The notes beneath the pieces are model-generated. The model was not told where the DNA came from. It was given only the letters and a program-made list of their open reading frames with translations, and ran no database searches. This document shows, piece after piece, positions 22,340-31,907 of a stretch of 64,000 nucleotides of DNA; the stretch's first letter is position 1, and each line of letters begins with the position of its first letter. Location of the stretch: the NCBI GenBank assembly GCA_977017575.1, contig CDRNVI010000002.1, positions 682,001-746,000 on the forward strand, given 5' to 3'. A program made the translations under genes and the position numbers. The DNA comes from Paramoeba atlantica (lineage: Eukaryota; Protista; Discosea).

Positions 22340-23620
22340 GGGGGGGCCAAGCGGGATGCCAGCGAGGATTGCGCCGAGGCTGGCAGCCTCAGAGCGGGCC
22401 CGTATCCAAAATCCCATTGTAATGGGGGGCCCAACCCGACACCCCACAGCTTTTCATCGGGCCCTAAGTCCACAACCCCTGTTCTGGGGGGGGGCCATGC
22501 CGGATGCCAGCGAGGATTGCGCCGAGGCTGGCAGCCTCAGAGCGGGCCCGTATCCAAAATCCCATTGTAATGGGGGGCCCACCCCGACACCCAACAGCTT
22601 TTCATCGGGCCCTAAGTCCACAACCCTTGTTCTGGGGGGGGCCATGCCGGATGCCAGCGAGGATTGCGCCGAGGCTGGCAGCCTCAGAACGGGCCCGTAT
22701 CCAAAATCCCATTGTAATGGGGGGCCCACCCCGACACCCAACAGCTTTTCATCGGGCCCTAAGTCCACAACCCCTGTTCTGGGGGGGGGCCATGCCGGAT
22801 GCCAGCGAGGATTGCGCCGAGGCTGGCAGCCTCAGAGCGGGCCCGTATCCAAAATCCCATTGTAATGGGGGGCCCAACCCGACACCCCACAGCTTTTCAT
22901 CGGACCCTAAGTCCACAACCCCTGTTCTGGGGGGGGGCCATGCCGGATGCCAGCGAGGATTGCGCCGAGGCTGGCAGCCTCAGAGCGGGCCCGTATCCAA
23001 AATCCCATTGTAATGGGGGGCCCACCCCGACACCCAACAGCTTTTCATCGGGCCCTAAGTCCACAACCCTTGTTCTGGGGGGGGCCATGCCGGATGCCAG
23101 CGAGGATTGCGCCGAGGCTGGCAGCCTCAGAACGGGCCCGTATCCAAAATCCCATTGTAATGGGGGGCCCACCCCGACACCCAACAGCTTTTCATCGGGC
23201 CCTAAGTCCACAACCCCTGTTCTGGGGGGGGCCATGCCGGGTGCCAGCGAGGATTGCGCCGAGGCTGGCAGCCTCAGAGCGGGCCCGTATCCAAAATCCC
23301 ATTGTAATGGGGGGCCCACCCCGACACCCAACAGCTTTTCATCGGGCCCTAAGTCCACAACCCTTGTTCTGGGGGGGGCCATGCCGGATGCCAGCGAGGA
23401 TTGCGCCGAGGCTGGCAGCCTCAGAGCGGGCCCGTATCCAAAATCCCATTGTAATTGGGGGCCCATCCCGACACCCCACAGCTTTTCATCGGGCCCTAAG
23501 TCCACAACCCCTGTTCTGGGGGGGGCCATGCCGGACGCCAGCGAGGATCGCGCCGAGGCTGGCAGCTGCAGAGCTGGCCCGTATCCAGAATCCCATTGTA
23601 ATGGGGGGCCAACCCCGCAC
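22340..23620 (+). repeat. Nine tandem copies of a 147/148-bp unit in the 5' part of CRE-like element 1
   Basis: GCCAGCGAGGAT starts at 22358, 22506, 22653, 22801, 22949, 23096, 23243, 23390 and 23537. Length differences come from a G homopolymer. Confidence 0.95.
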
Positions 23621-26359
23621 TCTCACGGGACCCTGATCGAGCACATCGCGGCGGCCGCCAATGTGCCCAAAACTTCTCAGCGGACGACGGGACAGGGGGG
23701 GACATCGGAGGTGGGGGGAGTGTCTTCCACCACACGAAACAAGCAATCCACCCCGACAACCCAGGGCGCTCCAGTTGAGGTGCGTGGACAAGCCCCTTCC
23801 CCCGAAAATTTAGCAGAGCTCCTGGGGAGGGGGTCCTTACGTAAACTGTACGCACTCCAATACCCGGCTTGGAAGGAATACACTGCCGGTGTATGCCACG
23901 ATTTTATTAATAAGTCGGTGGAGGGCAAGGTCGAGATAGCCTGGAACCTCCTCCTCGCCGTTAAACGTTTCCTTTTCCTCCCCGAGGACAAGCTGTCGCA
24001 ACGCCAGCTAGCGCGCGAACTTAGAATGCGCGCCCATTTAGAGGGTTCGGAGACCTTGGCTCCATCCCCGAGTCAGGCCAACGGCCCCCCGTGGTCTGTC
24101 AAAAAACGGGTCGAGGAATTGTGCAGGGCGGGTTGCTTCTCCAGGGCGGCCAAAACGATGGAGGCGCCCCTCAATCCTCCGGCCAACCCCACGGCGGCCC
24201 TAGAACAGGCAAAACGTCTACACCCCACAGGCGGGCCCTACACTGCGGGGAAATTCAGGTACAACAGGGACCGACACGGAACCCTACCCTCCCCCGCCGA
24301 TGTGGCCAGGAAGGCTCAAATCCTGGCCCCTATCCGCGCCCCCGGACCTACGGGATGGACCAAGGAACTGCTTGTCCCAGTCCTCATGGAAGATGGACCC
24401 CGCGAGTGTATCACGTGGATAATCCACGGGATAATGACCAACTCCCTCCCCCCCTCAATGAGGGAACTTCTCACGGGGGCGTCCTTAAAACTATTCACCA
24501 AACCGGACTCCCCGGCGGGGCACCACTCTTCCTACAGGCCCATCGCCATGGGAGAGTGCATCCTCAAGGTGGCGGGGCTCCTTGCCCTGGAGAAAATCCG
24601 GGAACATCTCCCCACTTACTTTCAGGGCATCCAGTTTGGAGCCCAATACACGCAGGGGTGTGAGCACATAATTTATAATGTGCGACAGCACTTCAGGGAC
24701 AGGCCGAAGGAGGTCATCGTGGCGGCAGACCTCGAGAACGCCTTTAATAGCATCTCACGGTCGGCAATTTTTAGGGCGGTAAGGGGGGATCCGAAACTCC
24801 TCCCCATTGAGGGCATCACCCTGTTCAGCTACGGCACCACCAGTACCCTTCACCTTGGGGAAGGCCAATGCATCACGAGCTCAAGGGGGGTCAAGCAGGG
24901 CGACCCCATGGCTCCCATCCTATTTGCCATAGGGATCCAGGGGGCAATCGCCAGAGTGGCGGCCAACTTCACAGGCACGCTGAAGGTCTGGGCGTACCTG
25001 GATGACGTCACCTTTGCTGGTGAACCCAAGGTTTGCGCGGAAGCCCTAGAGGCCCTCCGCGAGGAGCTGAAGCATCTTGGGCTACGGTTAAATACTGCTA
25101 AATGCAAAGTAGCTACCAGAGGCGAGGACCTCTTCTCCGAGTTCTCCGGATCTCGCATGGTCCACTCCCCCGGGGGGGTCAAACTACTGGGGGCCTTCAT
25201 CGGGGTGTCGGAGGCTAGGGAGGAAGAATGGGTGCTTTCCAAGGCCCCCAAGGTAATCTCCTTCCTGGGGAAACTCAAGGACATTAGCAGGCAATGCTCT
25301 TTGCCCCTTTTAAGACTCTGTGGGAGTCCTCGATGGAACTACATCGTAAGGACCCACGACCCCCCGGTCACTAAAGTGGCCAATACCCAGGTCGACAAAG
25401 CCGTCCTGGCATGTGCTGAGGCCTTGCTCGGGGGGATGGGCTCCTTGGGAAAAACGCCGTTCTCCAATAACCTTTTCACGGCAGATTTCCTGGGGACCAT
25501 CCCCTTCGCGCACAAGGCGGAAGACATGCAGGCCAAGGCGAAGAACGCCCTACAGGGCCGACCCCAAGGCATGTCAGCCAAGGAACAGCGGCGCAACCTC
25601 TGTGAGGCCGCGTTGGGGAAAGCCCCGACGGCCACCCAACTGGTCTGCATGCGACAGACCCAGAACATTCACTCCACTAAGTGGATGAACGCATGGCCCA
25701 ACAGGCCGGAGTATTACATGCGGGACCCGCAGTGGGAGACTGCGGCCCGTCTCCGGTACTTGGTCGCCCCCACCTCGGAACCTGAGCTCCAGTGCGTGTG
25801 CGGTGCAACCCTCCGCAATGAGGAGTTTTGCGTACACGCACTGGATTGCAAAAAGGTTAAGGGGAAGACCCAGGCCTCCCGCCACAAGGAGGTCAAGGAA
25901 ACCTTTCGAAACCTTCTTGTGCAGTATGGTTTCAAACCGGACCTACACGAACCGAGGTTCGACAATGGACGGGGGCCCGACATATGCTTCCAGCTGGGAC
26001 GGAAGACTGCCCTAGTTGATGTCACCGTGGTGAACCCACTGGCCCCGTCCTACGTGGAGAAGGAGGCCGCAGAGCCCTCTCATACCCTGAGGATGGCAGA
26101 GGCCAACAAGCGGCGCTCACACGATGAGATGGCGACCGCCCGAGGGATGGAATTTTACCCCTTGGCATTCACCACGTATGGGATCCCGGGCCCAGAAACT
26201 TTGAACTTCCTAACCAAGGTGGCCCGGGCTCACTCATCCGACAAGAACGGATGCATGTCCCACCTTCTGATGGCCATAGGGGTGGCCATCCAGAAAGGTA
26301 ATGCCCAGATTGTACAGGCGGCAGTACAGGACTGGTACCGCCGCGGGGTACGAGGCTAG
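22799..26359 (+). CDS. CRE/SLACS/CZAR-like RT-RLE polyprotein (element 1); true start uncertain because of repeat frameshifts
   Basis: YRPIAMGE, GIQFG, DLENAFNSI, GVKQGDPMAP, YLDDV. C-terminal CVCG...HALDC...RHKEV, GPDI...VDVTVVNP and FYPLAFTTYG. Confidence 0.9.
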   Translation: MPARIAPRLAASERARIQNPIVMGGPTRHPTAFHRTLSPQPLFWGGAMPDASEDCAEAGSLRAGPYPKSHCNGGPTPTPNSFSSGPKSTTLVLGGAMPDASEDCAEAGSLRTGPYPKSHCNGGPTPTPNSFSSGPKSTTPVLGGAMPGASEDCAEAGSLRAGPYPKSHCNGGPTPTPNSFSSGPKSTTLVLGGAMPDASEDCAEAGSLRAGPYPKSHCNWGPIPTPHSFSSGPKSTTPVLGGAMPDASEDRAEAGSCRAGPYPESHCNGGPTPHSHGTLIEHIAAAANVPKTSQRTTGQGGTSEVGGVSSTTRNKQSTPTTQGAPVEVRGQAPSPENLAELLGRGSLRKLYALQYPAWKEYTAGVCHDFINKSVEGKVEIAWNLLLAVKRFLFLPEDKLSQRQLARELRMRAHLEGSETLAPSPSQANGPPWSVKKRVEELCRAGCFSRAAKTMEAPLNPPANPTAALEQAKRLHPTGGPYTAGKFRYNRDRHGTLPSPADVARKAQILAPIRAPGPTGWTKELLVPVLMEDGPRECITWIIHGIMTNSLPPSMRELLTGASLKLFTKPDSPAGHHSSYRPIAMGECILKVAGLLALEKIREHLPTYFQGIQFGAQYTQGCEHIIYNVRQHFRDRPKEVIVAADLENAFNSISRSAIFRAVRGDPKLLPIEGITLFSYGTTSTLHLGEGQCITSSRGVKQGDPMAPILFAIGIQGAIARVAANFTGTLKVWAYLDDVTFAGEPKVCAEALEALREELKHLGLRLNTAKCKVATRGEDLFSEFSGSRMVHSPGGVKLLGAFIGVSEAREEEWVLSKAPKVISFLGKLKDISRQCSLPLLRLCGSPRWNYIVRTHDPPVTKVANTQVDKAVLACAEALLGGMGSLGKTPFSNNLFTADFLGTIPFAHKAEDMQAKAKNALQGRPQGMSAKEQRRNLCEAALGKAPTATQLVCMRQTQNIHSTKWMNAWPNRPEYYMRDPQWETAARLRYLVAPTSEPELQCVCGATLRNEEFCVHALDCKKVKGKTQASRHKEVKETFRNLLVQYGFKPDLHEPRFDNGRGPDICFQLGRKTALVDVTVVNPLAPSYVEKEAAEPSHTLRMAEANKRRSHDEMATARGMEFYPLAFTTYGIPGPETLNFLTKVARAHSSDKNGCMSHLLMAIGVAIQKGNAQIVQAAVQDWYRRGVRG

Positions 26360-26625
26360 CTGGGCGGAATGGGGAGGGGCGTTTCCGGTGCAAGAATTGT
26401 AACAAGCACTACGAATTAAACAAACAAGATTCTCACGCCAAAAAATGCCCGTTCCGCAGCTCCTCAATGCCAGCCCAACCGCTACATCCATCGAATAGCG
26501 ATACGCTATCCCAGAAGACTACACCGGTCCGCAGCACACCGCCAACAGGCATTACAACATCCCCATAGACAGTAATCATTTCGGGAGATCCATCTCTTAA
26601 TGCGAATGAACAGTCGCATTCGACG

Positions 26626-29559
26626 ATGGATATTGACGTCTCCTTACCGGCCTTGTCTTCGGTGTGTGCATCGCCTATTATCACAAGCAAACACATCCCA
26701 AATTGCTGCAAGGCGGAATGGTCTCGAGTGTTTACCTCATGCTTGAATGCAGCCATGCTGGATAACACGTTGGAGGCTTGGACCCGCCTCGCTATGCTTC
26801 CTAAATGCGTACTCCCAGCCCCACACCGGGGCGGTAGCGGGAACAAAACCTCTTATGCGTCTTTCGTTCGTAAAAGCCTAGCTAGATGGAACCAACAAGA
26901 GTATTCGTCCCTCTGGAGCGACGCCATATCCAGTCTACGGCGCAAACGCAAACCCCAGACCCAGGCATCCAGTTTAGAGGAAGACGAAAAAAGGGCAGCA
27001 CTACGAGCTGAGCGACTCGTTCGAGACAGAGAACTGTCACGTGCCATGACAGCACTGACCTCCGAACCACTCGCTCCCAACGACGACGCCACATACGCCA
27101 AACTTGTAAGCAAACATCCCTCGCGACTAGCGGAAGAACGCCCGAATATTCAACCTTCCCCCCTCCCCGTGATTCCGCTAAAGGCCACAGAAGAAGACAT
27201 AACCGCGGCTCTCTCAAGCTTCCACCGTGGCTCCTCCGGTGGGGCATTTGGCCTCCGGCCCGAGCACGTGCAAATTGCAACGGAATACCACAACGACGAA
27301 CGCACAAACCCCTTGGGAACACTTACGAAGTTTACGAACCATCTCCTTTCCGGGAGAGCTCCGGAGGAGGTCCAGCCATACTTCGCCGGAGGACGATTGT
27401 GCGCACTTCATAAGGGGGAGCACGATGTACGACCCATTGCTGCTGGAGAAACTCTCCGGCGCCTGGCAAGCAAAGTTGCATGTCTTTCCGTCAAAGAAAA
27501 AGCCCGAAAGCTCTTTAGTGGGCATCAGTTTGGTGTTGCCATACCAGCAGGGATCGACCGGGTCATACATTTGTGTCGTCTAACGATGGCGGAACACTGT
27601 GCCGACGAGGACTTTGTTTTCTGCAAAGTTGACCTCCGGAATGCATTCAATCACGTGTCGCGTAACTGTTTTATTTCGCTTACACGCAAACATTTTCCCT
27701 AACTCAGCGCCTTTGTCGAATGGTGCTACGCCACCGACAGTAGTCTCACGTTCGGGGATCGAACAGTCACCTCCTCCGAAGGCGTCCAACAGGGAGATCC
27801 ACTAGGTCCCTTCCTATTCTCCTTGGTAATGCAACAAGTATACCTAAAGATCCATGATGCGGCCCCAAAACTAGACTTAAACATGTGGTATCTGGACGAC
27901 GGAATTCTTTCGGGAAGATCTTCAGATGTAAGGCACGCGCTCGACGTAATTGCCATCGAAGGTCCCAAATGGGGATTACATCTTAACTCCTCTAAATGCG
28001 AACTCATTACCAATCCTGCGGCCTCGGATCGACTAGATCTCTTCCCAGATATTCCGGGTCTAAACAAGAAGTCGGAAGGCAACCTTGACATCCTAGGCAG
28101 CCCCATCGGATCCACGCCCCACTGTCGCCGATACCTTATAGACAACGCGGTCAGCCTAGCTGAGGAGTCCCTTGACGCGATCGAAAAGCTGGAAGATCCA
28201 CAGGTAGCCTTATCTCTCATCCGTCATTGTACCGGATTCTGTCAAATGGTGCATACACTTCGAACTACACCCGCAACAGAGCTACAGGACCTCTGCCAAC
28301 GCCTAGATAATGCAGTCCAGCACGCAGCAGAGCGTTTCGTTGGTCCCTTGAGTGGCGCTGCTCGACGACAGGCGCAACGTGACAAGAGGTATGGGGGGTT
28401 TGGACTGCGCTCAGCGGAATCGCATGCCACATCAGCCTACGTATCGTCAGTCGCTTCCGCATCCTCTAAGGATCTTTGGGACCCAATGCAAGCCCAAGGC
28501 TTCGAGTCGGCAGTACGGGATGTGAATAGTCGTGCAGGATACGACCTCGTTTCTAACTCCGGGAGAATTATAAAGCCCCCTTCCCCCTCCCCACCGGAAC
28601 AATCGTACCCCGAGAGCACACGCTCTGATGAAGATATCCCGGACGCAGCCCACCCAAGCGAATCACTTAACACAGAATCCCGCCCCAAACTGGTAATCCC
28701 CCGCCAGCGCGAGCTAAGCCAGGCGATTTCCTCTCATGAATACGAGCTGGAATACGCGAAAGCTGATGCCAGAACCAGAGCCAGATGGGTTTCCCAAACG
28801 GGGAAAGGCGCATCGGAGTGGGCGTTCGTAACCCCATCAAAGAACAACGGTCATGCGTTCACCCCCACCGAATTTCGCATCCTAACTCGGTGGTGGCTCG
28901 GTAACGACGTTTACCCAAAGGCCAGGCCCTGTCCTATGGACAAATGTGGATTGCCATTGGGCCCTGAAGGAGACCACGCCCTTTCTTGTAAGAGTGGGCA
29001 CGGTATCATTGCCCGACACAACGCTCTCGCTCGACAATTTTCCCTAGACTGCAACAGGTCTGGGCTGACAACGAAGCGTGAAGTCAGCCTAGATAATACG
29101 GGCCCAGGGGGTGGTCGGACCCGACCGGCCGATGTGTTTATTAAAGAGTTTTGCCTTGGCCAGGGTCTGGTCCTTGATTTCGCCGTCACCAATGTTCAGC
29201 CAACAAAGTATACGGACTTGGTCCGTGATGCTAACTTGGTTGAGGCGGGATCCTTCGCCGAAAGATACGCGACAGAGCATAAGCAGAAACAAAGGGAAGA
29301 AGCCGAAGCGGCCAAGCTCAGATTCGCAGCCATGGCTGTCGAATCGTATGGATCTTGGTCCCCAAGCGCTATGGCCGTCATTCGAGATTTATCGGTCAAC
29401 CGCTCACTCCAATCCGCGAACCTATCCAAAGCAGACGCATTACACGAACTGTTAACTGCCCTGAACATTACCTTGATGAGATCACAAGCGCGAATGATGG
29501 TGCTGCGCTCTCCTCCCACCCCCGACTCAGACCTCGTAGGCTACGGCTCCGAGATTTGA
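26626..29559 (+). pseudogene. CRE-like RT-RLE ORF (element 2) with one in-frame TAA
   Basis: ORFs 26626-27702 and 27823-29559 share a frame. After TAA at 27700-27702 the frame continues LSAFVEWCY...GVQQGDPLGP, WYLDDG, then zinc knuckle and RPADV...DFAVT RLE. Confidence 0.88.
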
Positions 29560-29681
29560 GAACTACGTGATTCTCGCCCCCCCCCCCATTCACCAGCCTG
29601 AACCCGTCGGGTGTTGGTCGAGTCGGCAGGACCTATACTCACACCTAGCCCCCGTCGGCTAGGTACCCCAAGTGAGGTAGT

Positions 29682-30043
29682 GCCCGGGGAGGGGACCCTG
29701 CCCCTCCTCGTCGGCCACCACCTGGTTCTGTGACTGTTCCGCTGCCGGCGGAGGCCCATTGCTTGCGCCCTCTCGTACAACAAGAGCAGGGTTACCAAGG
29801 CAAGCTGGGAGAGGCCGAAAGACCCGGTCCAGAACACGTAAGGAAGGTTTTCCCTGGGCCGACTCCTAGCAAAAGCGCAGGGAGTCCTCAACCTCCCCAA
29901 TGAGTTTGGAAGTCGAGTGAGGAAAGCGAAGGGAAGTAAAGGAAAGGAACGAAAAGGAAAAGCAAAGGGAGGTAAAGAAAGGGAGGTAAAGGAAGTGAAA
30001 GGAAAGAAAGAAGTCGTGAAAAAAAAAAAAAAAAAAAAAAAAA
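29682..30043 (+). mobile_element. Poly(A)-tailed short retro-copy, or tandem SINE-like unit, in the 3' region of element 2
   Basis: A25 at 30019-30043, bounded by (A)CCCCAAGTGAGGTAGT at 29665-29681 and 30043-30059. The sequence after each 17-mer is a diverged homologue of the other. Confidence 0.6.
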
Positions 30044-31907
30044 CCCCAAGTGAGGTAGTACACGGGTAGTGAATCTCCTCCCCGTCGGCCAGCATCCTGT
30101 TTCGCGACCGTGTCGCTGTCGACACAGGCCCGCGCCTGCGCCCTCCCACATAACAAGGGAAGGGTTCACAAGTCAGGCCGTGGAGAGGTCGAAAGACCCG
30201 GTCCGGAACGCGCGAATGGATTGGGTCTGGATTGCTTGTTTTTATTTTTACTGTGTCTTGTTTGTCGTATATACTTAGGGGAGATTGAATTGCTAGTTTT
30301 GGGCTGAGAAAAAAGAAAAAGAAAATATACTTCTGTGGAAATAAAAAGAATTGCTAATTTGATTGCTTGTTTTAAATTCATATACCCCCCTAATGGACCT
30401 ACTATGTACTTGGTTCGTCTACTGGGTCAAAATATAGAGGCAATGCCGCGTTTCATACTTCTCCCCCCTTATTAATCGAAAAAAAAAAAAAAAAAAAATT
30501 CGTATTCGCTCTATTACAGCAATCTCTTCTTCACTTGGTTCGCCTTCTTCTTCTTTAGTGTCGGTCTCAAAGGAAAATTCTTCCACGGCATCATCGGATT
30601 CAATATTTATGTTGTCGACATTTACTTCAGGTTCTTGAGGAGAGATGTCAGGATCCATATTAGAACCATTTTTTTTGTCCAAACCATGTGCCTTGCAAAT
30701 CTAATCCTCTCGAAAATAAATTTATATTTCTTTTTTCAAACATGAGAATTTATGATTGACCCATCAAAAGAAGCTCTGTCAACGTTCAACACCCAATTCT
30801 GAGAATAGTGACCAATAAAGATCATTTTCCGTGTCAACGTTCAACACCCTATTCTCAGAATAGTGACTTTCACTGTAGTCCAGTTGGTAAAGGGGTTCTA
30901 TTTTGACGCTGGACGGCCGCGGTTCGGTTCCCGACACCGACATTTTACTAATAAAAATGAAAAAAAAATTGCTCAAGTTCGCAAAAAAAAACAATTTCGG
31001 AACGATTTTTTTTTATTTTTTTTCTCGAAAAAGTGGCCAGCTGGTCACCAAAAACACGGTTTGCTTTTTGTAAACCGTTACCCCCCCTTACTTCGCCTCC
31101 CCCCTTACTTTACCACATTTAGTCACTGGACGTGTGGTGAAGTAAGGGGGGTGTCAGATTTTTCTCCAGACAACTTACCACCTCTTTACACAGCCGGAGG
31201 GCTGCACTGCAACCGACTGTTGCATCGGGGTAAGGCGAGGCAGGGCCACGCCCAGTGGTCTTCAAAGGGGGGGACATAGATGGCGCACAAAGATCGATGC
31301 ACAAAGGTTCTTTGTGCAACTTTCTTGGTGAAGACGACGCCGTCATACCGGGATTTTAAACCACAGTCCGGTTTAACGTTCCGGGGGGAATGTTAACGGC
31401 TACAGGAATGCTACGTAGCTGCAGGAATGATAATTTTTGAAGATTGTCTTGGGTTCGTCGACGCAACGGGTTGGTAGCAGCACGTTGTTGCTGCCTTGTA
31501 CTAACGAAAACAGGTAGAGGACTTCGGCCTCGAAAGTTTCAAATCTATCTGTGAAGGGTCTGGCCTGCCAGTGACCAATCGGAGCAATCCGGAATGACTT
31601 AGATTCGTTGAACCATTTCTAATTCAGAACGGTTTTCTTCCACGTCAGTTTCATCATCGCTTTGATCATAAAGTCGCTCCACAGCGTCTTGTAGTTCTAA
31701 AATTTAAATTGGTGTTTAATAAGTTATGTTCTGCGACATTTTTTATATTTTACGATGTAAGAAATTTTCATGGGGGGAAAGTTAAAAACGTATGGGACAT
31801 CGTAGACAAACTAAAAGAAGCATAAAATATAGAATGTGCAACACGAGGTATTACAACACTCAAGAAAAAGAAATTATGCTCAATGTCGATAGCATCATAC
31901 CTTTTTT

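Larger units (their letters stand above)
21637..30875. mobile_element. TA-flanked TIR element (Tc1/mariner type) expanded by nested CRE-like retroelements
   Basis: TIR CAGT(A/G)AAAGTCACTATTCTGAG at 21637-21658 and 30854-30875, TA on both sides. GTCAACGTTCAA subterminal repeats occur at both ends. Confidence 0.8.

Noticed and set aside
22340-23620. CRISPR array (also considered for 33895-34322 and 46047-46425)
   Set aside because: Contiguous tandem units without unique spacers, no cas genes, eukaryotic context.
9228-27702. In-frame TAG (9228-9230) and TAA (27700-27702) in RT ORFs as evidence of stop-codon reassignment
   Set aside because: Long host genes have no internal stops and end normally in TAA, TAG or TGA. 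Single nonsense mutations in decaying elements explain it.
29673-30059. let-7-like seed TGAGGTAGT
   Set aside because: Only 9 nt match, with no precursor hairpin or remaining let-7 sequence.
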